From Companilactobacillus sp. HBUAS59544 (lineage in GTDB: Bacteria > Bacillota > Bacilli > Lactobacillales > Lactobacillaceae), in assembly GCF_036913635.1 (NCBI RefSeq), contig NZ_JAYKTZ010000003.1: a stretch of 24,000 bases of DNA; one strand, 5' to 3'. The position numbers and the translations under genes are program-made. A model generated the notes under the pieces. It was not told the DNA's origin. It ran no database searches and saw only the letters and a list, made by a program, of their open reading frames with translations. This document shows positions 1 to 8,515 of the stretch, piece by piece. How positions within the stretch are numbered: position 1 is the first letter of the stretch; every line of letters starts with the position of its first letter.

Positions 1-822
1 TTGTAAAATTTTATCGATCAAGGCAGCTAAAGCAACAAAGGCAATCACATTTGCGGCAATGATCAAAATTAATTTACCAGCACCTAAAATAGAATCTCCT
101 AAAAATGAGAAAAATGGTTCTTTTTTGCCATCACCTTGTCCTTTAAGCTTAGCAATCGTATCTTCTTCTGGCGTTACAGTCACCGGATTTAACAAACTCG
201 TGACGATAATAGCATTGATGATATTGATAGGAATCGCCGTCAAAACAAATTGGCCTGGCATCATTTGAATGTATGATCCAATAATTGAAGCCGTGACACA
301 ACTCATTGACATCATCGCCAAAGTCAAATTTCTCATCGAATTCATTTGTTTTAATTGTAAACTTGAAACTGCCAAAGCTTCAGTATTACCTAGAAACATC
401 ATCTCTACAGCAAAAAACGACTCAAACTTCGGTTGCCCAGTGATAAATGACAACCCTTTTCCGATCCATTTGATGATAAATGGCAAAACGCCAATATATG
501 TCAAAATATCAAATAATGGAACGATCAATAAAATTGGTAACAAAGCACTAGTGAAAAAATCCATGCTCTTGACGTGCACAAAACTCGGTAAGGCAAACTC
601 AATCCCCACATAAGCAACTTGAACTAACCAATTGAACCCTTCTGCTGCACCGGAAACAATCGCACGGCCAGCCTCAAAACTAGTCAAGAACCAAGCCAAG
701 ACTAAGTTTAAAATGACCATGACCGCAATTGATCTCCAATGTATTCCCTGTTTGTTTTTCGAGAATAGAAATCCAATACCTAGAAATACCAGCAGGCCTA
801 TAACATTAACTAATAGGTACAT
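1..822 (-). CDS. nupC: NupC/CNT-family nucleoside transporter, N-terminal 274 codons; C-terminus lies beyond the window start
   Basis: Not in the supplied ORF track because it runs off the edge. Manual minus-strand translation from ATG (822-820) gives MYLLVNVIGLLVFLGIGFLFSKNKQGIHWRSIAVMVILNLVLAWFLTSFEAGRAIVSGAAEGFNWLV...GAGKLILIIAANVIAFVALAALIDKILQ, open to position 1. It is multi-TM and NupC-like. AAGGAG RBS lies 6 nt upstream. The + strand ORFs 59-886 are its antisense shadows. Confidence 0.8.
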   Translation of the reverse strand, partial: MYLLVNVIGLLVFLGIGFLFSKNKQGIHWRSIAVMVILNLVLAWFLTSFEAGRAIVSGAAEGFNWLVQVAYVGIEFALPSFVHVKSMDFFTSALLPILLIVPLFDILTYIGVLPFIIKWIGKGLSFITGQPKFESFFAVEMMFLGNTEALAVSSLQLKQMNSMRNLTLAMMSMSCVTASIIGSYIQMMPGQFVLTAIPINIINAIIVTSLLNPVTVTPEEDTIAKLKGQGDGKKEPFFSFLGDSILGAGKLILIIAANVIAFVALAALIDKILQ

Positions 823-974
823 AAAAAACTCCTTTGTATTGGTAATATTGTTTAATATTACATGGCGTGTATGGACTTGTCTATAATTTTTTGTTCCCAT
901 CAGTTAATATTTCTAAAAAAAATATTTACGATTTATAATAGTGATACAAATATTCTTGAAAGTGAGGCCTCATT

Positions 975-1820
975 TTGAAAAACATCTTATTCAATCAACA
1001 ACAGACTTCAGCAATCGGCATTGGTACTTGGCATTTAGGAGAAGGCAACGCCACTGAAAATAATCGCCAAATGGAAGCCATCAAATATGGACTCGATCAT
1101 GGCATCAATTTGATCGATACTGCCGAAATGTACGGTGAAGGATTGTCTGAAACCTTGATTGGTAAAACAATCAAAGACTATCCACGGGACAAATTTCAAT
1201 TGGTATCCAAGTTTTATCCCTATCACGCCACCGAAAAATTGATTGAGACTAGTTTAAAGAAGAGTTTGCAACGCCTACAAACTGATTACTTAGACTTGTA
1301 CTTGTTACACTGGCGCGGTGACACCCCACTCTCAGAAACCGTTACTGGCTTAGAAAAAATGGTTCAAGCTGGTTTGATTAAAAACTGGGGTGTTTCTAAT
1401 TTTGATTTGGCCGATCTCAAAGAACTTTCACAGCTAGAACGTGGCACTAACTGTCGTGTCAACGAAGATTTGTATAACATCGGCAGCCGTGGTATTGAAT
1501 ATGACATCTTACCTTGGCAAAAACAACACCAAATGTCATTTATCGGTTATTCACCCTTTGGATCAGACGGTGGAGCTTATTTAAATATCAAACCAGTTCT
1601 AAAGGAAATGGCTCAGTCAAAAAATATCACCATCCATCAATTGCTATTAGCCTGGGTCATTCGTAATCATGACTTATTGAGCATCCCTAAGACCTCCTCA
1701 GTTGAACATATGAAGAGTAACCTCGATGCCATCGATATCAGTTTCACTCCTGATGAATTGGAATTGTTAGATCAGAACTACCCTAAACCAAATCAAAAAA
1801 CATCACTAGAAACAATTTAA
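975..1820 (+). CDS. Aldo/keto reductase family oxidoreductase (281 aa), TTG start
   Basis: AKR hallmarks are present: GIGTWHLGEG, LIDTAEMYGEG (catalytic Tyr context), YLDLYLLHW, GVSNF, IPKTSS. GTGAGG RBS lies upstream of TTG 975. Confidence 0.9.
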   Translation: MKNILFNQQQTSAIGIGTWHLGEGNATENNRQMEAIKYGLDHGINLIDTAEMYGEGLSETLIGKTIKDYPRDKFQLVSKFYPYHATEKLIETSLKKSLQRLQTDYLDLYLLHWRGDTPLSETVTGLEKMVQAGLIKNWGVSNFDLADLKELSQLERGTNCRVNEDLYNIGSRGIEYDILPWQKQHQMSFIGYSPFGSDGGAYLNIKPVLKEMAQSKNITIHQLLLAWVIRNHDLLSIPKTSSVEHMKSNLDAIDISFTPDELELLDQNYPKPNQKTSLETI

Positions 1821-1828
1821 ATCAATGG

Positions 1829-1858
1829 CAGTCAACTACAACTTGGCTGCTATTTTTT
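1829..1858 (+). terminator. Weak candidate intrinsic terminator for the AKR gene, embedded in the 3' end of convergent ribH
   Basis: CAGTCAA (1829-1835) pairs with TTGGCTG (1843-1849) for 7 bp including one G-U, with a 7-nt loop, followed by CTATTTTTT. Only 15 bp separate the two convergent stop codons. Confidence 0.3.
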
Positions 1859-2306
1859 CGGCATTGATCACTTCAACTACGTCACTGGCACATTCACTAC
1901 CTTTATTTCCAGCTTTTCCACCAGCTCGATTGAGTGCTTGATCCATATTATCAGTCGTCAAAATCCCATACATTACTGGGATTCTACCGGTCAGTGTTTG
2001 TTGACTCACACCAGTGGCTGACTGAGCACAGACATAATCAAAGTGAGCTGTTTCACCTCTGACTACTGCCCCTAAGGCAATCACACCGTCAATATTTTGG
2101 TTCTCGGAAATAATTTTTGTCATACGAGGGATTTCAAAAGCCCCTGGCACTTTAATTACTGTGATATCCGAATCAGCCACCTGCAGTTGTTTTAATTTTT
2201 CCAAAGCTCCTTGTAGCAATTTATTAGTCACAAGCTCATTAAACTTAGCAACAACTATCGCAATTTTTAAATTTGTTCCATTTAAATTTCCGTTAATTTC
2301 GTTCAT
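1836..2306 (-). CDS. ribH: 6,7-dimethyl-8-ribityllumazine synthase (156 aa)
   Basis: Typical lumazine synthase sequence (IAIVVAKFNELVTNKLLQGA, VPGAFEIP, ALGAVVRGETAHFDYV). Last gene of the rib operon. GAGGTAG RBS. Confidence 0.95.
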   Translation of the reverse strand: MNEINGNLNGTNLKIAIVVAKFNELVTNKLLQGALEKLKQLQVADSDITVIKVPGAFEIPRMTKIISENQNIDGVIALGAVVRGETAHFDYVCAQSATGVSQQTLTGRIPVMYGILTTDNMDQALNRAGGKAGNKGSECASDVVEVINAEKIAAKL

Positions 2307-2307
2307 G

Positions 2308-3504
2308 TTAATCTACCTCGTTTAGTAAATGATGAAATTTTTTCTTTTTAGTTTCTAAATAATGACGATCGTTATTATTTGGCTTAGTTTCCAAGGGTAC
2401 TCGTTTAACGCTGACGCCCAATTTTTGTAACTGGCTGATTTTGTCAGGATTATTAGTCATTAAAGCTACCGAATCAATTTGAAAGTATTTCAAAATTGAC
2501 ATTACAACGTCATAATTTCTAGCATCTGCTGGTAAGCCTAATTTCTCATTGGCTTCAACCGTATCATAGCCGGAATCTTGTAACTGATAAGCTCGCAATT
2601 TATTGATCAATCCGATACCCCGACCTTCTTGATGCAAGTAAATCAAAGCACCGTTACCATTAGCTTCAATTTTCCTTAAAGCTGTCTCTAATTGTTCCCC
2701 ACAATCGCAACGCTTGGAACCTAAAATATCACCGGTGAAGCATTCTGAATGAACTCGTAAGAGTAAGTTTGATTTTTTCAGATCACCTTTATAAATGACC
2801 AACAATGGTTGATTTTGATAAGTGAACGAGTGCAGGCGAAAATGTCCAAATTTAGTTGGTAAATCAACATCGGAATCTGACTTCAAAACTTGAAAGTTAG
2901 TTAAGTAACGATATTGAATAATGTCAGCAATCGTAATCATCGTCATGTGGTTCTCGGTCGCAATCTCCTTTAGTTGTTTACGACGTGCCATCTGACCATT
3001 GTCTCGAATAACTTCACAAATGTAAGCTACCGGTGTGGCTTGGGCAATCTTAGCCAAATCAATGGCTGCTTCAGTATGTCCATCACGAACAATTACGCCG
3101 CCATCTTTAGCAATCAATGGGAAAATATGCCCTGGATGATAAAAATCATTTGGTTCGTTTGAGGTTGCTAAAGCTTTAATCGTCTTAGCACGGTCAAAAG
3201 CTGAGATACCAGTCGTTGTAGTTTTTACGTCAGTACTGATGGTAAAAGCCGTGTTGAAGGCATCATGTGAACTTGCCATCAGTGATAGATCCAACTTTTG
3301 AGCAATTTCTGAACTCATCGGAACGCATAACAATCCGCGAGCATGATTGATCATAAAGTTGACCTTTTCTCCATTTACAAAGTCGGCTAAACCAATCATA
3401 TCCCCCTCAGCTTCACGATCAGTTGAATCTGCTACAATGATCAATTTACCTTGTTTTAAATCCGCTACCGCTTGTTCAACTCGCTTAATTACTCCATTAG
3501 TCAT
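2308..3504 (-). CDS. ribBA: Bifunctional 3,4-dihydroxy-2-butanone-4-phosphate synthase / GTP cyclohydrolase II (398 aa)
   Basis: N-terminal DHBP synthase motifs (DREAEGD, GHTEAAIDL) and C-terminal GTP cyclohydrolase II motifs (RVHSECFTGDILGSKRCDCGEQL, YLHQEGRGIGLINK). The start ATG overlaps the end of the ribE reading frame (ATGACTAA). Confidence 0.95.
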   Translation of the reverse strand: MTNGVIKRVEQAVADLKQGKLIIVADSTDREAEGDMIGLADFVNGEKVNFMINHARGLLCVPMSSEIAQKLDLSLMASSHDAFNTAFTISTDVKTTTTGISAFDRAKTIKALATSNEPNDFYHPGHIFPLIAKDGGVIVRDGHTEAAIDLAKIAQATPVAYICEVIRDNGQMARRKQLKEIATENHMTMITIADIIQYRYLTNFQVLKSDSDVDLPTKFGHFRLHSFTYQNQPLLVIYKGDLKKSNLLLRVHSECFTGDILGSKRCDCGEQLETALRKIEANGNGALIYLHQEGRGIGLINKLRAYQLQDSGYDTVEANEKLGLPADARNYDVVMSILKYFQIDSVALMTNNPDKISQLQKLGVSVKRVPLETKPNNNDRHYLETKKKKFHHLLNEVD

Positions 3505-4090
3505 TTTGACTCCCCCTCAAATTGCGATACACATATTTTCCTAAAATATCTGTTTCTAAATTAACTACGTCACCAAGCTTTAAAGCTCCTAAAACTGTCT
3601 TTTCTTATGTAAAGGGAATGATTCCAACTTGAAATTGATCCTTTTGGACACTAATAATCGTTAAACTAACTCCGTCAATTGTGATTGATCCTTTTTCAAC
3701 TAAATAAGGTGAATACTTAGGGTCAATTGAAAAAATTAAAAGATCCGAATTTCTAGCTCTTTTTTTAGCCAGTAATTGTCCAGTTGTATCAACGTGTCCT
3801 AAAACAAAATGTCCTCCGATTTTAGAATTTAGTTGCAATGCTGGTTCCAAGTTCACTTCCTGTTGCAGTTGAAAATCATTGATATTAGTTTTTTTGACTG
3901 TTTCTGGCATCACATCGACTTGAAAACGTGCTTTTTCAATTTGCGTGACTGTCAAACAGATGCCATCGATAGCAATGCTATCGCCAAGTTCAAGTTGTCC
4001 TAGGTGATGTGAGATGACCAACGATAAATTATCGCGTGATTGCTTGATCTGTTGGACCTTCCCAATACCTTTCACAATTCCTGTAAACAT
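3497..4090 (-). pseudogene. ribE: Riboflavin synthase alpha chain interrupted by a single in-frame TAA at 3605-3607 (161 aa made; 35 further homologous codons remain in frame)
   Basis: The ORF MFTGIVKGIGKV...GIIPFT stops at TAA 3607-3605. Reading on in the same frame gives EKTVLGALKLGDVVNLETDILGKYVYRNLRGSQND, ending at TAA 3499-3497. This is the expected riboflavin synthase C-terminus and the expected overlap with the ribBA ATG. Checked codon by codon. Confidence 0.8.
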
Positions 4091-5103
4091 TATTCAAGCC
4101 TCCAAGTCGTAATCTTTAAATTATCAGCTAACGTTAAAATTTCTGGTTGAGCAAATTTCAATTTAGCTACGGGTCCATTGATCGCTGGTAATCCCTGGCC
4201 AAAAATTTTATTTGCTAAGTAAATGACCAGTCGATCACACAATTTTTCATTGAGAAAATCTGCCTGCAGGTGGGTACCGCCTTCAACTAATATCGATTGG
4301 ATTCCTAAATGACCTAGTTTTTGGATAATTTTAAGTGGTGTCCAATCATCTACAAAAACTTGAACATTTTTCGGTAATGTTCGACTGGATTTTTTTTGAC
4401 TAAAAAAATAAATCGGTTCACTGGTTTGAAAAATCCGCCTTTTCAAATCAACGCTGTTCACGTCCCGAATGACAACTGCACGAATAGGTGGAAATTTTTC
4501 TTTTTTACGAACAGTCAATTTAGGATCGTCTATTTTAAATGTATTTTCACCAACTAAAATCACTTGCGATTCTCGGCGTAATTCTTGACTATCTTTGAAA
4601 ACCTCTTGATTGGTGATCATTGAACGTGTTCCCTTAGTTTGATTGACTTTTCCATCCAGAGTCATGGCATATTTTATTGTTACTAGCGGTCGGTTGTTTT
4701 GATGAAAAAATTTATAAGCAAGGCTCAAATCATTTTTTTGATGCAAATTTTCAACCTGAACTCCATGACTTTCTAAATACTTAATCCCATTACCGCTGAC
4801 TATGGGATTAGGGTCGGTTTCGGCAATAACTACTTTCTTAATGCCTACTTCAACAATTTTTTGCACACATGGTGGTGTTTTGCCAAAATGTGAACAAGGC
4901 TCTAAAGTTACGTATAAAGTTGCCCCATAAGCTTCAGAAATATCCGGCAAATGTTGTAAAGCATTTATCTCAGCATGATTCTGGCCATAAGTTTCATGGT
5001 ACCCAGAACTTAAAATTTGCTGATTTTTTACAATTACGGCCCCAACTTGGGGATTTTTCCATGTATCTTTACCCTTTCTCGCTTCTGTAAAAGCTAATTT
5101 CAT
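4090..5103 (-). CDS. ribD: Bifunctional diaminohydroxyphosphoribosylaminopyrimidine deaminase / 5-amino-6-(5-phosphoribosylamino)uracil reductase (337 aa)
   Basis: Deaminase motifs HAEINAL and LEPCSHFGKTPPC, plus a C-terminal reductase domain. Start moved to ATG 5103 (MKLAFTEARKG), because the 34-codon extension in the ORF track runs through the riboswitch terminator. Confidence 0.9.
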   Translation of the reverse strand: MKLAFTEARKGKDTWKNPQVGAVIVKNQQILSSGYHETYGQNHAEINALQHLPDISEAYGATLYVTLEPCSHFGKTPPCVQKIVEVGIKKVVIAETDPNPIVSGNGIKYLESHGVQVENLHQKNDLSLAYKFFHQNNRPLVTIKYAMTLDGKVNQTKGTRSMITNQEVFKDSQELRRESQVILVGENTFKIDDPKLTVRKKEKFPPIRAVVIRDVNSVDLKRRIFQTSEPIYFFSQKKSSRTLPKNVQVFVDDWTPLKIIQKLGHLGIQSILVEGGTHLQADFLNEKLCDRLVIYLANKIFGQGLPAINGPVAKLKFAQPEILTLADNLKITTWRLE

Positions 5104-5130
5104 AAATCTATCCAAAATCCTATTCACCCC

Positions 5131-5163
5131 ACAAAAAAAGCCCCGCAAAAATTTTGCGGGACT
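5131..5163 (-). terminator. Intrinsic terminator forming the expression platform of the FMN riboswitch
   Basis: Minus strand reads GTCCCGCAAAATTTTTGCGGGGCTTTTTTTGTGG: a GC-rich stem (5141-5160) followed by a T-run, about 30 nt upstream of the ribD ATG. Confidence 0.85.
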
Positions 5164-5235
5164 TTTAAGATAAGCTAAATAAGACTCCATACGAGACGAT
5201 GCCAAATAGGCTTATCAATAGCATGAAATTTTATT

Positions 5236-5370
5236 TTCTTCTACCATCCAGACTATACTGTCGGCTCTGGCTTAATACCAGATCCACCACTCTCGTGGGT
5301 CACGGGCTCCAACTTCAAAGAAGCTGCTACCGTCGGTCGGGAATTACACCCTGCCCCGAAGAAATCTATA
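5236..5370 (-). promoter_or_regulatory. FMN riboswitch (RFN element) aptamer
   Basis: Minus strand carries the conserved RFN blocks: TCTTCGGGGCAGGGTGTAATTCCCGACCGACGGTAGC, GAGCCCGTGACCC, GGTATTAAGCCAGAGCCGACAGTATAGTCTGGATGGTAGAAGAA. It sits between a promoter and ribD. Confidence 0.9.
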
Positions 5371-5387
5371 TTCAGTTTTCATGAGAA

Positions 5388-5416
5388 ATATTACAATAAA
5401 AATGTTATTTTGACAA
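5388..5416 (-). promoter_or_regulatory. Sigma-A-type promoter of the rib operon
   Basis: Minus strand: TTGTCA (5416-5411), 17-nt spacer, TAATAT (5393-5388), about 20 nt upstream of the riboswitch. Confidence 0.6.
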
Positions 5417-5468
5417 ATCAAGTTTTATTAATTTATGTCTAATAAATTAGAAACAATCGTTTAAAAAA

Positions 5469-6248
5469 TTAAACAGCTGAATTATTATGTAGCTTCTCAT
5501 TAGCCTTATTGCCAGTGGTCTCGAAATAAGTAGGAGCAGTCCGATTAATAAAATCACTAAAAAGTGTCAATTGACGTGAATCCTTTTGCCACAAATTTTC
5601 AGGATGCCACTGAACAGCTTGGATAGTTGCATCTTCATTCTCAATAGCTTCAATCACACCATCTGAAGCGGTAGCTACAACTTTTAAATGATCAGGTACT
5701 GATTTGATAGCTTGGTGATGTCTAGAATTAACATATACATTGTCGCCAATCGATTTATATAATTTTGAGTTGAAATCAACTCGAACAAAATGTGTCGGTT
5801 GATCTCCGGGCGCAGACTGTTCATGTTTCAACAATTTGCCCGAATACTGAGTTGGTAAATCCTGATATAGCGTTCCCCCCAAAGCAACGTCAATCATCTG
5901 AGCTCCACGACAAATTCCAAAAATTGGAATCTTTTTTGCCACAGCAGTACGAATTAGAGCAATTTCAAATAAATCCCGATCACGATTCGTAACTCGCAAT
6001 TGCGGAATGGGTTCTTCACCCATAAAGCTAGGATCTATATCTGGTCCACCAGAAAAAATAATTCCATCCATTTTTTCAACCAATTGATTGATTTTATCTA
6101 CTGGTAGGTATGGTAAACCTACTGGAATGCCGCCAGCTGCTAATACCCCATCAACAATTGGTCTTGGCACAAAATCCATCAACTTCTGATCGATTACATC
6201 GGTTGCCTCTAAAAATACGTCTGCAGTAATACCAATCAATTTGCTCAT
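5469..6248 (-). CDS. Peptidase C26 / class-I glutamine amidotransferase-like hydrolase (gamma-glutamyl-gamma-aminobutyrate hydrolase family, 259 aa)
   Basis: Nucleophile-elbow motif IFGICRGAQMIDVALGG and WHPE (catalytic His/Glu context). The GATase1 layout is typical of the PuuD-like C26 family. Confidence 0.8.
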   Translation of the reverse strand: MSKLIGITADVFLEATDVIDQKLMDFVPRPIVDGVLAAGGIPVGLPYLPVDKINQLVEKMDGIIFSGGPDIDPSFMGEEPIPQLRVTNRDRDLFEIALIRTAVAKKIPIFGICRGAQMIDVALGGTLYQDLPTQYSGKLLKHEQSAPGDQPTHFVRVDFNSKLYKSIGDNVYVNSRHHQAIKSVPDHLKVVATASDGVIEAIENEDATIQAVQWHPENLWQKDSRQLTLFSDFINRTAPTYFETTGNKANEKLHNNSAV

Positions 6249-6372
6249 AGAGATTGAACCCCCTTTTTATAATTTTAATTGTAAGACTAGCACTCTAAAT
6301 TAATCTGTCAAATGTTTTGTTAATAATATTAAATAATTACTAATAAATATCTAATAATTTAATATATTATCT

Positions 6373-6401
6373 AGTATAATCGAGCTAATATATACAATCA
6401 A
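6373..6401 (-). promoter_or_regulatory. Candidate promoter of the C26 hydrolase gene; shares 25/30 nt with the promoter at 17332-17361
   Basis: Minus strand: TTGATT (6401-6396), 17 nt, TATACT (6378-6373). It would give a leader of about 118 nt. Confidence 0.45.
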
Positions 6402-6435
6402 TATTAAAGTTACTCTAATTTTATAGACATTTTGG

Positions 6436-6474
6436 AAAAAAAAGACACATTCTTTAATTTTCGAATGTGTCTTT
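6436..6474 (-). terminator. Intrinsic terminator of the dhaKLM operon
   Basis: Minus strand: AAAGACACATTC-loop-GAATGTGTCTTT followed by TTTTTTTT, starting 9 nt after the dhaM stop. Confidence 0.85.
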
Positions 6475-6482
6475 GATCAAAT

Positions 6483-6851
6483 TTATTTAATTTTAAGTGG
6501 TTCTAATGTTTTTTCTATCGTCTGAAGAGGTGAATCAATTTCCGCTAAAGTCGCTGCGGCATATGCACCTTCGACTAATGCAACATCGTATTTATGAATC
6601 TTCTTGTCCGTCATTTCCATTAACATCTCTAAATTCATCTTTGAACTGCCAAGATCATAAAAGGCTAAAATTTCCTCACCGGAATTTTTTTCTACTGCTG
6701 TTTGAATTTTTTCTAATGATGAACCAATTTTGCCATCGTCAGTTCCACCAGCAATCGTGATCGATAATTTTGGTGCTGCCTGTTCAATTAATTTCTTTAC
6801 TCCAGTAGCAATATCTTGCGAATGTGAAACTATTAAAATTCCATATTTCAT
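6483..6851 (-). CDS. dhaM: PTS-dependent dihydroxyacetone kinase, phosphotransferase subunit (single EIIA-mannose-like domain, 122 aa)
   Basis: MKYGILIVSHSQDIATG has the conserved N-terminal His in a VSHS context. Its position after dhaK-dhaL also fits. Confidence 0.85.
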   Translation of the reverse strand: MKYGILIVSHSQDIATGVKKLIEQAAPKLSITIAGGTDDGKIGSSLEKIQTAVEKNSGEEILAFYDLGSSKMNLEMLMEMTDKKIHKYDVALVEGAYAAATLAEIDSPLQTIEKTLEPLKIK

Positions 6852-6856
6852 AAATA

Positions 6857-7441
6857 CTATGCTCCTAACACAGTTAGTAAAGCTTCAAACAAGTATGCAC
6901 TTGATTGAGCTCCAGGATCTATGTGACCTTTGGACTTTTCTTCCAAATAACTAGCCCGGCCCTTTGTGGCAACTAAAGCTTTATTGTTTGCTAAAGCATC
7001 ATCGAGAACACTTTGTGTGAATTGGTTATTCTCCAAAGCTTGCGCCACTGGTTCCCAAACATCGATCATTGTCTTCATACCAAAATCTGATTGCCCTCGA
7101 CGTTTCAAACCAGCAAGACCTGTTTGAACTAGCTTAGTTAAATCCTTATCATCCTTAGCCTTCTTTGACATATCTAAAAAAGCTGTTCCATAAAGGGGAC
7201 CTGACGCTCCACCAACTTTTTGAATCAAAGCAAAAGCAACAGTTTTATACAAACCAGCAATATCTTCAGGATTCTTTTTTTCAAAAGCATCAGTAATAGC
7301 TTTCATTCCTCGATCCATATTTGTACCGTGATCACCGTCACCGATAGCTGTATCTAATTCATTTAATTGGGATTTTTCACTTTCAACTTTTTCAACAAAC
7401 AATTCTATCCATTTTTTCGTTTCAGCTAAACCTAATTCCAT
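6857..7441 (-). CDS. dhaL: Dihydroxyacetone kinase ADP-binding subunit (194 aa)
   Basis: Dak2 motifs LDTAIGDGDHGTNM and GGASGPLYGT. ATG 7441 is preferred over the track's TTG 7444 (GAGGAAG RBS 7 nt upstream). Confidence 0.9.
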   Translation of the reverse strand: MELGLAETKKWIELFVEKVESEKSQLNELDTAIGDGDHGTNMDRGMKAITDAFEKKNPEDIAGLYKTVAFALIQKVGGASGPLYGTAFLDMSKKAKDDKDLTKLVQTGLAGLKRRGQSDFGMKTMIDVWEPVAQALENNQFTQSVLDDALANNKALVATKGRASYLEEKSKGHIDPGAQSSAYLFEALLTVLGA

Positions 7442-7456
7442 CAAAAAACTTCCTCT

Positions 7457-8449
7457 CTACCAGCCAATTGTAGTAACTGGTTCTTCCAACATATCGATCC
7501 ATGCGTCTTCAGCTTTCATTATTGTTAATGAAACACCTTGCATATCAAGTGAAGTGACTTTATTTCCCACTTTGCTAAAAGCAACTTGAATTTTCTTATC
7601 TGCCAATTCATTCAAAACATCATTAGCAAAAATATATTGTTCCATTAAAGGTGTAGCACCCATACCATTTACTAGAACAACAAATTTTCCCGTTTGATCA
7701 GAAAATTCTGGCATGATTTTTTCAATTAATTGATGAGCCAATTCCTTAGAAGGCTTGATTTTTTCAACTGAATAACCACGTTCATTATGAATACCAATGC
7801 CATATTCGACCTCATCATCTTTCAATTCAAATCCCGGATGTCCAACAGCCGGAACTGTAGCTGCATGCAAAGCAATTCCAATAGTCTTTGTATTGTCGAT
7901 CACCTTTTGTCCCAAAGCAGCTAAATCATCCAGATTCATGCCTGAACGGGCGGCTGCACCAACAATCTTTTCAACCAAAACTGTTCCAGCTACACCACGT
8001 TTACCTTGAGTGAATTCACTATTTTCAACTGAAATATCATCATCAACAACAATCGTCTTAATTTTGATATCTTCAGCTTCAGCCATTTCTTTAGCCATAT
8101 CAAAATTCATAACATCACCAGAATAATTCTTAACGATCAACAAGACGCCTAAGCCTTGGTCAACTGCTTTAATAGCTTCATAGATTTGATCAGGAGTTGG
8201 TGAAGTAAAGACCTCACCAGCAACAGCAGCACTCAACATCCCGTCACCAACATAACCGGCATGTAAAGGTTCGTGACCAGATCCTCCGCCAGAAACAACA
8301 CCAACTTGTTTATTTTGAGAAAATTTTACATCATTTCTAACAACTGCCGTAGTTCCCTCAATTTGTTTAACCAACTTAGGATTAGTTTTTACGAGACCAG
8401 AAATCATCTCGGAAACGATATCCTCAGTTTTATTAATGATTTTCTTCAT
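7457..8449 (-). CDS. dhaK: Dihydroxyacetone kinase dihydroxyacetone-binding subunit (330 aa)
   Basis: Dak1 motifs VVSGGGSGHEPLHAGYVGDGML and KNYSGDVMNF. Start moved to ATG 8449 (MKKIINK), which has an AAGGAGG RBS. Confidence 0.9.
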   Translation of the reverse strand: MKKIINKTEDIVSEMISGLVKTNPKLVKQIEGTTAVVRNDVKFSQNKQVGVVSGGGSGHEPLHAGYVGDGMLSAAVAGEVFTSPTPDQIYEAIKAVDQGLGVLLIVKNYSGDVMNFDMAKEMAEAEDIKIKTIVVDDDISVENSEFTQGKRGVAGTVLVEKIVGAAARSGMNLDDLAALGQKVIDNTKTIGIALHAATVPAVGHPGFELKDDEVEYGIGIHNERGYSVEKIKPSKELAHQLIEKIMPEFSDQTGKFVVLVNGMGATPLMEQYIFANDVLNELADKKIQVAFSKVGNKVTSLDMQGVSLTIMKAEDAWIDMLEEPVTTIGW

Positions 8450-8458
8450 AATTGCCTC

Positions 8459-8472
8459 CTTAAACGCTTTCA
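8459..8472 (-). promoter_or_regulatory. cre-like (CcpA) box in the dhaK leader; imperfect
   Basis: Minus strand TGAAAGCGTTTAAG matches 12/14 positions of TGWAANCGNTNWCA (the last two positions are off). It lies between the -10 and the RBS. Confidence 0.3.
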
Positions 8473-8482
8473 ATACAGTTTC

Positions 8483-8511
8483 ATTATATTATTTCTCGTG
8501 ATTTTTCCCAA
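8483..8511 (-). promoter_or_regulatory. Promoter of dhaKLM
   Basis: Minus strand: TTGGGA (8511-8506), 17 nt, TATAAT (8488-8483). Confidence 0.55.
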
Positions 8512-8515
8512 CTTT

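Noticed and set aside
59-886. Three + strand ORFs (69, 114, 84 aa) at the left edge
   Set aside because: They lie antisense to a continuous minus-strand reading frame with clear NupC-type membrane-protein sequence and a good RBS. Their products are low-complexity with no recognisable motifs.
5104-5205. 34-codon N-terminal extension of ribD in the ORF track (MASSRMESYLAYLKSPAKFLRGFF...)
   Set aside because: The extension is read through the FMN-riboswitch terminator stem and T-tract. The conserved deaminase domain begins right after Met at 5103.
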